DNA of 64,000 nucleotides from Auanema rhodensis. Taxonomy: Eukaryota > Animalia > Nematoda. The notes beneath the pieces were generated by a model that was given only the letters and a program-made list of their open reading frames with translations, had not been told where the DNA came from and made no database searches. The stretch lies in assembly GCA_964057225.1 (NCBI GenBank), contig OZ059899.1, positions 20,150,001 to 20,214,000 on the forward strand, read 5' to 3'. Positions 40,701 to 56,300 of the stretch are shown here, piece after piece. The first letter of the stretch is position 1, and each line of letters starts with the position of its first letter. The position numbers were made by a program, and so were the translations under genes.

Positions 40701-41375
40701 AACGTACACGTGGTGTGCACTCGGTATGTAACTCGCTTCACGTGTAAGATAAAGAGATGCGGTTTTCAAAATTAGATTCCCCATGTCCATATTAGTCTAA
40801 AAACAAATTTTTATTGATATTGGTGCATGGTAACCATGATTTTGAAATTTACGTGAACTTTAATTCATGCTAATTAAATGTACACGTGGTGTGGACTCGG
40901 TATGTAACTCGCTTCACGTGAAAGATAAAGAGATGCAGTTATCAAAATTAGATTCCCCACGTCCATATTAGTCTAAAAACAATTTTTTACTGATATTGGT
41001 GCATGGTAACCATGATTTTGAAATTTACGTGGACTTTTATTTATGCTAATTAAACGTACACGTGATGTGCACTTGGTATGTAACTCGCTTCACGTGAAAG
41101 ATGAAGAGATGCGGTTTTTACAATTAGATTCCCCATGTCCATATTAGTCTAAAAACAATTTTTTACTGATATTGGTGCATGGTAACCATGATTTTGAAAT
41201 TTACGTGAACTTTAATTTAAGCTAATCAAACGTACACGTGGTGTGCTCTCGGTATGTAACTCGCTTCACGTGAAAGATAAAGAGATGCGGTTTTCAAAAT
41301 TAGATTCCCCATGTCCATATTAGTCTAAAAACAAATTTTTATTGATATTGGTGCATGGTAACCATGACTTTGAAA
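25709..41375. repeat. Copy 1 of a 15,667-bp (89-monomer) tandem segmental duplication within the satellite
   Basis: Otherwise unique SNPs recur at exactly +15,667: 27402/43069, 27993/43660, 32165/47832, 33531/49198, 34423/50090, 39400/55067. The match breaks on the left at 25708(T) vs 41375(A). Confidence 0.95.
36797..39437. repeat. 15-monomer higher-order repeat unit (2,641 bp); related copies at ~52464-55104 and ~59.7-63.2 kb
   Basis: Marker GTGGACTC recurs at 34205, 36845, 39486 (+2640, +2641). Marker AAGCTAATC..GTGCTCTC recurs at 34531, 37171, 39812. Marker GTGTTGTG recurs at 60428 and 63069 (+2641), with the same monomer order. Confidence 0.85.
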
Positions 41376-44300
41376 TTTACGTGAACTTTAATTTATGCTA
41401 ATTAAACGTACACGTGGTGTGCACTCGGTATGTAACTCGCTTCACGTGAAAGATAAAGAGATGCGGTTTTCAAAATTAGATTCCCCATGTCCATATTAGT
41501 CTAAAAACAAATTTTTATTGATATTGGTGCATGGTAACCATGACTTTGAAATTTACGTGAACTTTAATTTATGCTACATAAATGTACACGTGATGTGCAC
41601 TTGGTATGTAACTCGCTTCACGTGAAAGATAAAAAGATGCAGTTTTTAAAATTAGATTCCCCATGTCCATATTAGTCTAAAAACAATTTTTTACTGATAT
41701 TGGTGCATGGTAACCATAACTTTGAAATTTACGTGAACTTTAATTTATGCTTATTAAACGTACACGTGGTGTGCACTCGGTATGTAACTCGCTTCACGTG
41801 AAAGATAAAGAGATGCAGTTATCAAAATTAGATTCCCCATGTCCATATTAGTCTAAAAACAAATTTTTATTGATATTGGTGCATGGTAACCATGACTTTG
41901 AAATTTACGTGAACTTTAATTTATGCTACATAAATGTACACGTGATGTGCACTTGGTATGTAACTCGCTTCACGTGAAAGATAAAAAGATGCAGTTTTTA
42001 AAATTAGATTCCCCATGTCCATATTAGTCTAAAAACAATTTTTTACTGATATTGGTGCATGGTAACCATAACTTTGAAATTTACGTGAACTTTAATTTAT
42101 GCTTATTAAACGTACACGTGGTGTGCACTCGGTATGTAACTCGCTTCACGTGAAAGATAAAGAGATGCAGTTATCAAAATTAGATTCCCCATGTCCATAT
42201 TAGTCTAAAAACAAATTTTTATTGATATTGGTGCATGGTAACCATGACTTTGAAATTTACGTGAACTTTAATTTATGCTAATTAAATGTACACGTGGTGT
42301 GCACTCGGTATGTAACTCGCTTCACGTGAAAGATAAAGAGATGCAGTTATCAAAATTAGATTCCCCATGTCCATATTAGTCTAAAAACAAATTTTTATTG
42401 ATATTGGTGCATGGTAACCATGACTTTGAAATTTACGTGAACTTTAATTTATGCTACATAAATCTACACGTGATGTGCACTTGGTATGTAACTCGCTTCA
42501 CGTGAAAGATAAAGAGATGCGGTTTTCAAAATTAGATTCCCCATGTCCATATTAGTCTAAAAACAAATTTTTATTGATATTGGTGCATGGTAACCATGAC
42601 TTTGAAATTTACGTGAACTTTAATTTATGCTACATAAATCTACACGTGATGTGCACTTGGTATGTAACTCGCTTCACGTGAAAGATAAAAAGATGCGGTT
42701 TTCAAAATTAGATTCCCCATGTCCATATTAGTCTAAAAACAAATTTTTATTGATATTGGTGCATGGTAACCATGACTTTGAAATTTACGTGAACTTTAAT
42801 TTATGCTACATAAATCTACACGTGATGTGCACTTGGTATGTAACTCGCTTCACGTGAAAGATAAAAAGATGCGGTTTTTAAAATTAGATTCCCCATGTCC
42901 ATATTAGTCTAAAAACAAATTTTTATTGATATTGGTGCATGGTAACCATGACTTTGAAATTTACGTGAACTTTAATTTATGCTAATTAAATGTACACGTG
43001 GTGTGCACTCGGTATGTAACTCGCTTCACGTGAAAGATAAAGAGATGCAGTTATCAAAATTAGATTCCACATGTCCATATTAGTCTAAAAACAAATTTTT
43101 ATTGATATTGGTGCATGGTAACCATGACTTTGAAATTTACGTGAACTTTAATTTATGCTAATTAAACGTACACGTGATGTGCACTTGGTATGTAACTCGC
43201 TTCACGTGAAAGATAAAGAGATGCGGTTTTCAAAATTAGATTCCCCATGTCCATATTAGTCTAAAAACAAATTTTTATTGATATTGGTGCATGGTAACCA
43301 TGACTTTGAAATTTACGTGAACTTTAATTTATGCTACATAAATCTACACGTGATGTGCACTTGGTATGTAACTCGCTTCACGTGAAAGATAAAAAGATGC
43401 GGTTTTTAAAATTAGATTCCCCATGTCCATATTAGTCTAAAAACAATTTTTTACTGATATTGGTGCATGGTAACCATGACTTTGAAATTTACGTGAACTT
43501 TAATTTATGCTAATTAAACGTACACGTGGTGTGCACTCGGTATGTAACTCGCTTCACGTGTAAGATAAAGAGATGCGGTTTTCAAAATTAGATTCCCCAT
43601 GTCCATATTAGTCTAAAAACAAATTTTTATTGATATTGGTGCATGGTAACCATGACTTTAAAATTTACGTGAACTTTAATTTATGCTAATTAAACGTACA
43701 CGTGGTGTGCACTCGGTATGTAACTCGCTTCACGTGTAAGATAAAGAGATGCGGTTTTCAAAATTAGATTCCCCATGTCCATATTAGTCTAAAAACAAAT
43801 TTTTATTGATATTGGTGCATGGTAACCATGACTTTGAAATTTACGTGAACTTTAATTTATGCTACATAAATCTACACGTGATGTGCACTTGGTATGTAAC
43901 TCGCTTCACGTGAAAGATAAAGAGATGCGGTTTTCAAAATTAGATTCCCCATGTCCATATTAGTCTAAAAACAAATTTTTATTGATATTGGTGCATGGTA
44001 ACCATGACTTTGAAATTTACGTGAACTTTAATTTATGCTGATTAAACGTACACGTGGTGTGCACTCGGTATGTAACTCGCTTCACGTGTAAGATAAAGAG
44101 ATGCGGTTTTCGAAATTAGATTCCCCATGTCCATATTAGTCTAAAAACAAATTTTTATTGATATTGGTGCATGGTAACCATGATTTTGAAATTTACGTGA
44201 ACTTTAATTCATGCTAATTAAATGTACACGTGGTGTGCACTCGGTATGTAACTCGCTTCACGTGAAAGATAAAGAGATGCAGTTATCAAAATTAGATTCC

Positions 44301-47300
44301 CCATGTCCATATTAGTCTAAAAACAAATTTTTATTGATATTGGTGCATGGTAACCATGATTTTGAAATTTACGTGAACTTTAATTCATGCTAATTAAATG
44401 TACACGTGGTGTGCACTCGGTATGTAACTCGCTTCACGTGTAAGATAAAGAGATGCGGTTTTCGAAATTAGATTCCCCATGTCCATATTAGTCTAAAAAC
44501 AAATTTTTATTGATATTGGTGCATGGTAACCATGATTTTGAAATTTACGTGAACTTTAATTCATGCTAATTAAATGTACACGTGGTGTGCACTCGGTATG
44601 TAACTCGCTTCACGTGAAAGATAAAGAGATGCAGTTATCAAAATTAGATTCCCCATGTCCATATTAGTCTAAAAACAATTTTTTACTGATATTGGTGCAT
44701 GGTAACCATGATTTTGAAATTTACGTGAACTTTAATTTATGCTAATTAAACGTACACGTGATGTGCACTTGGTATGTAACTCGCTTCACGTGAAAGATAA
44801 AGAGATGCGGTTCTCAAAATTAGATTCCCCATGTCCATATTAGTCTAAAAACAAATTTTTATTGATATTGGTGCATGGTAACCATGACTTTGAAATTTAC
44901 GTGAACTTTAATTTATGCTAATTAAACGTACACGTGGTGTGCACTCGGTATGTAACTCGCTTCACGTGAAAGATAAAGAGATGCGGTTTTCAAAATTAGA
45001 TTCCCCATGTCCATATTAGTCTAAAAACAAATTTTTTTTGATATTGGTGCATGGTAACCATGATTTTGAAATTTACGTGAACTTTAATTTATGCTAATTA
45101 AATGTACACGTGGTGTGCACTTGGTATGTAACTCGCTTCACGTGAAAGATAAAGAGATGCGGTTTTCAAAATTAGATTCCCCATGTCCATATTAGTCTAA
45201 AAACAAATTTTTATTGATATTGGTGCATGGTAACCATGACTTTGAAATTTACGTGAACTTTAATTTATGCTAATTAAACGTACACGTGGTGTGCACTCGG
45301 TATGTAACTCGCTTCACGTGAAAGATAAAAAGATGCGGTTTTTAAAATTAGATTCCCCATGTCCATATTAGTCTAAAAACAATTTTTTACTGATATTGGT
45401 GCATGGTAACCATGACTTTGAAATTTACGTGAACTTTAATTTATGCTAATTAAACGTACACGTGGTGTGCACTCGGTATGTAACTCGCTTCACGTGTAAG
45501 ATAAAGAGATGCGGTTTTCAAAATTAGATTCCCCATGTCCATATTAGTCTAAAAACAAATTTTTATTGATATTGGTGCATGGTAACCATGACTTTGAAAT
45601 TTACGTGAACTTTAATTTATGCTAATTAAACGTACACGTGGTGTGCACTCGGTATGTAACTCGCTTCACGTGAAAGATAAAGAGATGCGGTTTTCAAAAT
45701 TAGATTCCCCATGTCCATATTAGTCTAAAAACAAATTTTTATTGATATTGGTGCATGGTAACCATGACTTTGAAATTTACGTGAACTTTAATTTATGCTA
45801 ATTAAACGTACACGTGGTGTGCACTCGGTATGTAACTCGCTTCACGTGTAAGATAAAGAGATGCGGTTTTCAAAATTAGATTCCCCATGTCCATATTAGT
45901 CTAAAAACAAATTTTTATTGATATTGGTGCATGGTAACCATGACTTTGAAATTTACGTGAACTTTAATTTATGCTAATTAAACGTACACGTGGTGTGCAC
46001 TCGGTATGTAACTCGCTTCACGTGTAAGATAAAGAGATGCGGTTTTCGAAATTAGATTCCCCATGTCCATATTAGTCTAAAAACAAATTTTTATTGATAT
46101 TGGTGCATGGTAACCATGATTTTGAAATTTACGTGAACTTTAATTCATGCTAATTAAATGTACACGTGGTGTGCACTCGGTATGTAACTCGCTTCACGTG
46201 AAAGATAAAGAGATGCAGTTATCAAAATTAGATTCCCCATGTACATATTAGTCTAAAAACAATTTTTTACTGATATTGGTGCATGGTAACCATGATTTTG
46301 AAATTTACGTGAACTTTAATTTATGCTAATTAAACGTACACGTGATGTGCACTTGGTATGTAACTCGCTTCACGTGAAAGATAAAGAGATGCGGTTTTTA
46401 AAATTAGATTCCCCATGTCCATATTAGTCTAAAAACAATTTTTTACTGATATTGGTGCATGGTAACCATGATTTTGAAATTTACGTGAACTTTAATTTAT
46501 GCTAATTAAACGTACACGTGGTGTGCACTCGGTATGTAACTCGCTTCACGTGTAAGATAAAGAGATGCGGTTTTCAAAATTAGATTCCCCATGTCCATAT
46601 TAGTCTAAAAACAAATTTTTTTTGATATTGGTGCATGGTAACCATGATTTTGAAATTTACGTGAACTTTAATTTATGCTAATTAAATGTACACGTGGTGT
46701 GCACTTGGTATGTAACTCGCTTCACGTGAAAGATAAAGAGATGCGGTTTTCAAAATTAGATTCCCCATGTCCATATTAGTCTAAAAACAAATTTTTATTG
46801 ATATTGGTGCATGGTAACCATGACTTTGAATTTTACGTGAACTTTAATTTATGCTAATTAAACGTACACGTGGTGTGCACTCGGTATGTAACTCGCTTCA
46901 CGTGTAAGATAAAGAGATGCGGTTTTCAAAATTAGATTCCCCATGTCCATATTAGTCTAAAAACAAATTTTTACTGATATTGGTGCATGGTAACCATGAC
47001 TTTGAAATTTACGTGAACTTTAATTTATGCTAATTAAACGTACACGTGGTGTGCACTCGGTATGTAACTCGCTTAACGTGTAAGATAAAGAGATGCGGTT
47101 TTCAAAATTAGATTCCCCATGTCCATATTAGTCTAAAAACAAATTTTTATTGATATTGGTGCATGGTAACCATGATTTTGAAATTTACGTGAACTTTAAT
47201 TTATGCTAATTAAACGTACACGTGGTGTGCACTCGGTATGTAACTCGCTTCACGTGTAAGATAAAGAGATGCGGTTTTCAAAATTAGATTCCCCATGTCC

Positions 47301-50300
47301 ATATTAGTCTAAAAACAAATTTTTTTTTGATATTGGTGCATGGTAACCATGACTTTGAAATTTACGTGAACTTTAATTTATGCTACATAAATCTACACGT
47401 GATGTGCACTTGGTATGTAACTCGCTTCACGTGAAAGATAAAAAGATGCGGTTTTTAAAATTAGATTCCCCATGTCCATATTAGTCTAAAAACAATTTTT
47501 TACTGATATTGGTGCATGGTAACCATGACTTTGAAATTTACGTGAACTTTAATTTATGCTAATTAAACGTACACGTGGTGTGCACTCGGTATGTAACTCG
47601 CTTCACGTGTAAGATAAAGAGATGCGGTTTTCAAAATTAGATTCCCCATGTCCATATTAGTCTAAAAACAAATTTTTATTGATATTGGTGCATGGTAACC
47701 ATGACTTTGAAATTTACGTGAACTTTAATTTATGCTAATTAAACGTACACGTGGTGTGCACTCGGTATGTAACTCGCTTCACGTGTAAGATAAAGAGATG
47801 CGGTTTTCAAAATTAGATTCCCCATGTCCATGTTAGTCTAAAAACAAATTTTTATTGATATTGGTGCATGGTAACCATGACTTTGAAATTTACGTGAACT
47901 TTAATTTATGCTAATTAAACGTACACGTGGTGTGCACTCGGTATGTAACTCGCTTCACGTGTAAGATAAAGAGATGCGGTTTTCAAAATTAGATTCCCCA
48001 TGTCCATATTAGTCTAAAAACAAATTTTTATTGATATTGGTGCATGGTAACCATGACTTTGAATTTTACGTGAACTTTAATTCATGCTAATTAAATGTAC
48101 ACGTGGTGTGCACTCGGTATGTAACTCGCTTCACGTGTAAGATAAAGAGATGCAGTTATCAAAATTAGATTCCCCATGTCCATATTAGTCTAAAAACAAA
48201 TTTTTATTGATATTGGTGCATGGTAACCATGACTTTGAAATTTACGTGAACTTTAATTCATGCTAATTAAATGTACACGTGGTGTGCCCTCGGTATGTAA
48301 CTCGCTTCACGTGAAAGATAAAGAGATGCAGTTATCAAAATTAGATTCCCCATGTACATATTAGTCTAAAAACAATTTTTTACTGATATTGGTGCATGGT
48401 AACCATGATTTTGAAATTTACGTGAACTTTAATTTATGCTAATTAAACGTACACGTGATGTGCACTTGGTATGTAACTCGCTTCACGTGAAAGATAAAGA
48501 GATGCGGTTTTTAAAATTAGATTCCCCATGTCCATATTAGTCTAAAAACAATTTTTTACTGATATTGGTGCATGGTAACCATGATTTTGAAATTTACGTG
48601 AACTTTAATTTATGCTAATTAAACGTACACGTGGTGTGCACTCGGTATGTAACTCGCTTCACGTGAAAGATAAAGAGATGCGGTTCTCAAAATTAGATTC
48701 CCCATGTCCATATTAGTCTAAAAACAAATTTTTATTGATATTGGTGCATGGTAACCATGATTTTGAAATTTACGTGAACTTTAATTTATGCTAATTAAAC
48801 GTACACGTGGTGTGCACTCGGTATGTAACTCGCTTCACGTGAAAGATAGAGAGATGCGGTTTTCAAAATTAGATTCCCCATGTCCATATTAGTCTAAAAA
48901 CAAATTTTTATTGATATTGGTGCATGGTAACCATGACTTTGAAATTTACGTGAACTTTAATTTATGCTACATAAATCTACACGTGATGTGCACTTGGTAT
49001 GTAACTCGCTTCACGTGAAAGATAAAAAGATGCGGTTTTTAAAATTAGATTCCCCATGTCCATATTAGTCTAAAAACAATTTTTTACTGATATTGGTGCA
49101 TGGTAACCATGACTTTGAAATTTACGTGAACTTTAATTTATGCTAATTAAACGTACACGTGGTGTGCACTCGGTATGTAACTCGCTTCACGTGTAAGCTA
49201 AAGAGATGCGGTTTTCAAAATTAGATTCCCCATGTCCATATTAGTCTAAAAACAAATTTTTATTGATATTGGTGCATGGTAACCATGATTTTGAAATTTA
49301 AGTGAACTTTAATTTATGCTAATTAAACGTACACGTGGTGTGCACTCGGTATGTAACTCGCTTCACGTGTAAGATAAAGAGATGCGGTTTTCAAAATTAG
49401 ATTCCCCATGTCCATATTAGTCTAAAAACAAATTTTTTTTTGATATTGGTGCATGGTAACCATGACTTTGAAATTTACGTGAACTTTAATTTATGCTAAT
49501 TAAACGTACACGTGGTGTGCACTCGGTATGTAACTCGCTTCACGTGTAAGATAAAGAGATGCGGTTTTCAAAATTAGATTACTCATGTCCATATTAGTCT
49601 AAAAACAAATTTTTATTGATATTGGTGCATGGTAACCATGACTTTGAAATTTACGTGAACTTTAATTTATGCTAATTAAACGTACACGTGGTGTGCACTC
49701 GGTATGTAACTCGCTTCACGTGTAAGATAAAGAGATGCGGTTTTCAAAATTAGATTCCCCATGTCCATATTAGTCTAAAAACAAATTTTTATTGATATTG
49801 GTGCATGGTAACCATGATTTTGAAATTTACGTGAACTTTAATTCATGCTAATTAAATGTACACGTGGTGTGGACTCGGTATGTAACTCGCTTCACGTGAA
49901 AGATAAAGAGATGCAGTTATCAAAATTAGATTCCCCATGTCCATATTAGTCTAAAAACAATTTTTTACTGATATTGGTGCATGGTAACCATGATTTTGAA
50001 ATTTACGTGGACTTTAATTTATGCTAATTAAACGTACACGTGATGTGCACTTGGTATGTAACTCGCTTCACGTGAAAGATAAAGAGATGAGGTTTTTAAA
50101 ATTAGATTCCCCATGTCCATATTAGTCTAAAAACAATTTTTTACTGATATTGGTGCATGGTAACCATGATTTTGAAATTTACGTGAACTTTAATTTAAGC
50201 TAATCAAACGTACACGTGGTGTGCTCTCGGTATGTAACTCGCTTCACGTGAAAGATAAAGAGATGCGGTTTTCAAAATTAGATTCCCCATGTCCATATTA

Positions 50301-53300
50301 GTCTAAAAACAAATTTTTATTGATATTGGTGCATGGTAACCATGACTTTGAAATTTACGTGAACTTTAATTTATGCTAATTAAACGTACACGTGGTGTGC
50401 ACTCGGTATGTAACTCGCTTCACGTGAAAGATAAAGAGATGCGGTTTTCAAAATTAGATTCCCCATGTCCATATTAGTCTAAAAACAAATTTTTTTTGAT
50501 ATTGGTGCATGGTAACCATGATTTTGAAATTTACGTGAACTTTAATTTATGCTAATTAAATGTACACGTGGTGTGCACTCGGTATGTAACTCGCTTCACG
50601 TGAAAGATAAAGAGATGCGGTTTTCAAAATTAGATTCCCCATGTCCATATTAGTCTAAAATCAAATTTTTATTGATATTGGTGCATGGTAACCATGACTT
50701 TGAATTTTACGTGAACTTTAATTTATGCTAATTAAACGTACACGTGGTGTGCACTCGGTATGTAACTCGCTTCACGTGAAAGATAAAGAGATGCGGTTTT
50801 CAAAATTAGATTCCCCATGTCCATATTAGTCTAAAAACAAAATTTTATTGATATTGGTGCATGGTAACCATGACTTTGAAATTTACGTGAACTTTAATTT
50901 ATGCTACATAAATGTACACGTGATGTGCACTTGGTATGTAACTCGCTTCACGTGAAAGATAAAAAGATGCGGTTTTTAAAATTAGATTCCCCATGTCCAT
51001 ATTAGTCTAAAAACAAATTTTTACTGATATTGGTGCATGGTAACCATGACTTTGAAATTTACGTGAACTTTAATTTATGCTAATTAAACGTACACGTGGT
51101 GTGCACTCGGTATGTAACTCGCTTAACGTGTAAGATAAAGAGATGCGGTTTTCAAAATTAGATTCCCCATGTCCATATTAGTCTAAAAACAAATTTTTAT
51201 TGATATTGGTGCATGGTAACCATGACTTTGAATTTTACGTGAACTTTAATTCATGCTAATTAAATGTACACGTGGTGTGCACTCGGTATGTAACTCGCTT
51301 CACGTGAAAGATAAAGAGATGCAGTTATCACAATTAGATTCCCCATGTCCATATTAGTCTAAAAACAAATTTTTATTGATATTGGTGCATGGTAACCATG
51401 ACTTTGAAATTTACGTGAACTTTAATTCATGCTAATTAAATGTACACGTGGTGTGCCCTCGGTATGTAACTCGCTTCACGTGAAAGATAAAGAGATGCAG
51501 TTATCAAAATTAGATTCCCCATGTACATATTAGTCTAAAAACAATTTTTTACTGATATTGGTGCATGGTAACCATGATTTTGAAATTTACGTGAACTTTA
51601 ATTTATGCTAATTAAACGTACACGTGATGTGCACTTGGTATGTAACTCGCTTCACGTGAAAGATAAAGAGATGCGGTTTTTAAAATTAGATTCCCCATGT
51701 CCATATTAGTCTAAAAACAATTTTTTACTGATATTGGTGCATGGTAACCATGATTTTGAAATTTACGTGAACTTTAATTTATGCTAATTAAACGTACACG
51801 TGGTGTGCACTCGGTATGTAACTCGCTTCACGTGAAAGATAAAGAGATGCGGTTCTCAAAATTAGATTCCCCATGTCCATATTAGTCTAAAAACAAATTT
51901 TTATTGATATTGGTGCATGGTAACCATGACTTTGAATTTTACGTGAACTTTAATTTATGCTAATTAAACGTACACGTGGTGTGCACTCGGTATGTAACTC
52001 GCTTCACGTGAAAGATAGAGAGATGCGGTTTTCAAAATTAGATTCCCCATGTCCATATTAGTCTAAAAACAAATTTTTATTGATATTGGTGCATGGTAAC
52101 CATGACTTTGAAATTTACGTGAACTTTAATTTATGCTACATAAATCTACACGTGATGTGCACTTGGTATGTAACTCGCTTCACGTGAAAGATAAAAAGAT
52201 GCGGTTTTTAAAATTAGATTCCCCATGTCCATATTAGTCTAAAAACAATTTTTTACTGATATTGGTGCATGGTAACCATGACTTTGAAATTTACGTGAAC
52301 TTTAATTTATGCTAATTAAACGTACACGTGGTGTGCACTCGGTATGTAACTCGCTTCACGTGTAAGATAAAGAGATGCGGTTTTCAAAATTAGATTCCCC
52401 ATGTCCATATTAGTCTAAAAACAAATTTTTATTGATATTGGTGCATGGTAACCATGATTTTGAAATTTACGTGAACTTTAATTCATGCTAATTAAATGTA
52501 CACGTGGTGTGGACTCGGTATGTAACTCGCTTCACGTGAAAGATAAAGAGATGCAGTTATCAAAATTAGATTCCCCATGTCCATATTAGTCTAAAAACAA
52601 TTTTTTACTGATATTGGTGCATGGTAACCATGATTTTGAAATTTACGTGGACTTTAATTTATGCTAATTAAACGTACACGTGATGTGCACTTGGTATGTA
52701 ACTCGCTTCACGTGAAAGATAAAGAGATGCGGTTTTTAAAATTAGATTCCCCATGTCCATATTAGTCTAAAAACAATTTTTTACTGATATTGGTGCATGG
52801 TAACCATGATTTTGAAATTTACGTGAACTTTAATTTAAGCTAATCAAACGTACACGTGGTGTGCTCTCGGTATGTAACTCGCTTCACGTGAAAGATAAAG
52901 AGATGCGGTTTTCAAAATTAGATTCCCCATGTCCATATTAGTCTAAAAACAAATTTTTATTGATATTGGTGCATGGTAACCATGACTTTGAAATTTACGT
53001 GAACTTTAATTTATGCTAATTAAACGTACACGTGGTGTGCACTCGGTATGTAACTCGCTTCACGTGAAAGATAAAGAGATGCGGTTTTCAAAATTAGATT
53101 CCCCATGTCCATATTAGTCTAAAAACAAATTTTTTTTGATATTGGTGCATGGTAACCATGATTTTGAAATTTACGTGAACTTTAATTTATGCTAATTAAA
53201 TGTACACGTGGTGTGCACTCGGTATGTAACTCGCTTCACGTGAAAGATAAAGAGATGCGGTTTTCAAAATTAGATTCCCCATGTCCATATTAGTCTAAAA

Positions 53301-56300
53301 TCAAATTTTTATTGATATTGGTGCATGGTAACCATGACTTTGAATTTTACGTGAACTTTAATTTATGCTAATTAAACGTACACGTGGTGTGCACTCGGTA
53401 TGTAACTCGCTTCACGTGAAAGATAAAGAGATGCGGTTTTCAAAATTAGATTCCCCATGTCCATATTAGTCTAAAAACAAAATTTTATTGATATTGGTGC
53501 ATGGTAACCATGACTTTGAAATTTACGTGAACTTTAATTTATGCTACATAAATGTACACGTGATGTGCACTTGGTATGTAACTCGCTTCACGTGAAAGAT
53601 AAAAAGATGCGGTTTTTAAAATTAGATTCCCCATGTCCATATTAGTCTAAAAACAATTTTTTACTGATATTGGTGCATGGTAACCATGACTTTGAAATTT
53701 ACGTGAACTTTAATTTATGCTAATTAAACGTACACGTGGTGTGCACTCGGTATGTAACTCGCTTCACGTGTAAGATAAAGAGATGCGGTTTTCAAAATTA
53801 GATTCCCCATGTCCATATTAGTCTAAAAACAAATTTTTATTGATATTGGTGCATGGTAACCATGACTTTGAAATTTACGTGAACTTTAATTTATGCTAAT
53901 TAAACGTACACGTGGTGTGCACTCGGTATGTAACTCGCTTCACGTGTAAGATAAAGAGATGCGGTTTTCAAAATTAGATTCCTCATGTCCATATTAGTCT
54001 AAAAACAAATTTTTATTGATATTGGTGCATGGTAACCATGATTTTGAAATTTACGTGAACTTTAATTTATGCTGATTAAATGTACACGTGGTGTGCACTC
54101 GGTATGTAACTCGCTTCACGTGAAAGATAAAGAGATGCAGTTATCAAAATTAGATTCCCCATGTCCATATTAGTCTAAAAACAAATTTTTATTGATATTG
54201 GTGCATGGTAACCATGACTTTGAAATTTACGTGAACTTTAATTTATGCTAATTAAACGTACACGTGTTGTGCACTCGGTATGTAACTCGCTTCACGTGGA
54301 AGATAAAAAGATGCGGTTTTCAAAATTAGATTCCCCATGTCCATATTAGTCTAAAAACAATTTTTTACTGATATTGGTGCATGGTAACCATGACTTTGAA
54401 ATTTACGTGAACTTTAATTTATGCTAATTAAACGTACACGTGGTGTGCACTCGGTATGTAACTCGCTTCACGTGTAAGATAAAGAGATGCGGTTTTCAAA
54501 ATTAGATTCCCCATGTCCATATTAGTCTAAAAACAAATTTTTATTGATATTGGTGCATGGTAACCATGACTTTGAATTTTACGTGAACTTTAATTTATGC
54601 TAATTAAACGTACACGTGGTGTGCACTCGGTATGTAACTCGCTTCACGTGTAAGATAAAGAGATGCGGTTTTCAAAATTAGATTCCCCATGTCCATATTA
54701 GTCTAAAAACAAATTTTTTTTTGATATTGGTGCATGGTAACCATGACTTTGAAATTTACGTGAACTTTAATTTATGCTAATTAAACGTACACGTGGTGTG
54801 CACTCGGTATGTAACTCGCTTCACGTGTAAGATAAAGAGATGCGGTTTTCAAAATTAGATTACTCATGTCCATATTAGTCTAAAAACAAATTTTTATTGA
54901 TATTGGTGCATGGTAACCATGACTTTGAAATTTACGTGAACTTTAATTTATGCTAATTAAACGTACACGTGGTGTGCACTCGGTATGTAACTCGCTTCAC
55001 GTGTAAGATAAAGAGATGCGGTTTTCAAAATTAGATTCCCCATGTCCATATTAGTCTAAAAACAAACTTTTATTGATATTGGTGCATGGTAACCATGATT
55101 TTGAAATTTACGTGAACTTTAATTCATGCTAATTAAATGTACACGTGGTGTGGACTCGGTATGTAACTCGCTTCACGTGAAAGATAAAGAGATGCAGTTA
55201 TCAAAATTAGATTCCCCACGTCCATATTAGTCTAAAAACAATTTTTTACTGATATTGGTGCATGGTAACCATGATTTTGAAATTTACGTGGACTTTTATT
55301 TATGCTAATTAAACGTACACGTGATGTGCACTTGGTATGTAACTCGCTTCACGTGAAAGATGAAGAGATGCGGTTTTTACAATTAGATTCCCCATGTCCA
55401 TATTAGTCTAAAAACAATTTTTTACTGATATTGGTGCATGGTAACCATGATTTTGAAATTTACGTGAACTTTAATTTAAGCTAATCAAACGTACACGTGG
55501 TGTGCTCTCGGTATGTAACTCGCTTCACGTGAAAGATAAAGAGATGCGGTTTTCAAAATTAGATTCCCCATGTCCATATTAGTCTAAAAACAAATTTTTA
55601 TTGATATTGGTGCATGGTAACCATGACTTTGAAATTTACGTGAACTTTAATTTATGCTAATTAAACGTACACGTGGTGTGCACTCGGTATGTAACTCGCT
55701 TCACGTGAAAGATAAAGAGATGCGGTTTTCAAAATTAGATTCCCCATGTCCATATTAGTCTAAAAACAAATTTTTTTTGATATTGGTGCATGGTAACCAT
55801 GATTTTGAAATTTACGTGAACTTTAATTTATGCTAATTAAATGTACACGTGGTGTGCACTCGGTATGTAACTCGCTTCACGTGAAAGATAAAGAGATGCG
55901 GTTTTCAAAATTAGATTCCCCATGTCCATATTAGTCTAAAAACAAATTTTTATTGATATTGGTGCATGGTAACCATGACTTTGAATTTTACGTGAACTTT
56001 AATTTATGCTAATTAAACGTACACGTGGTGTGCACTCGGTATGTAACTCGCTTCACGTGAAAGATAAAGAGATGCGGTTTTCAAAATTAGATTCCCCATG
56101 TCCATATTAGTCTAAAAACAAAATTTTATTGATATTGGTGCATGGTAACCATGACTTTGAAATTTACGTGAACTTTAATTTATGCTACATAAATGTACAC
56201 GTGATGTGCACTTGGTATGTAACTCGCTTCACGTGAAAGATAAAAAGATGCGGTTTTTAAAATTAGATTCCCCATGTCCATATTAGTCTAAAAACAATTT

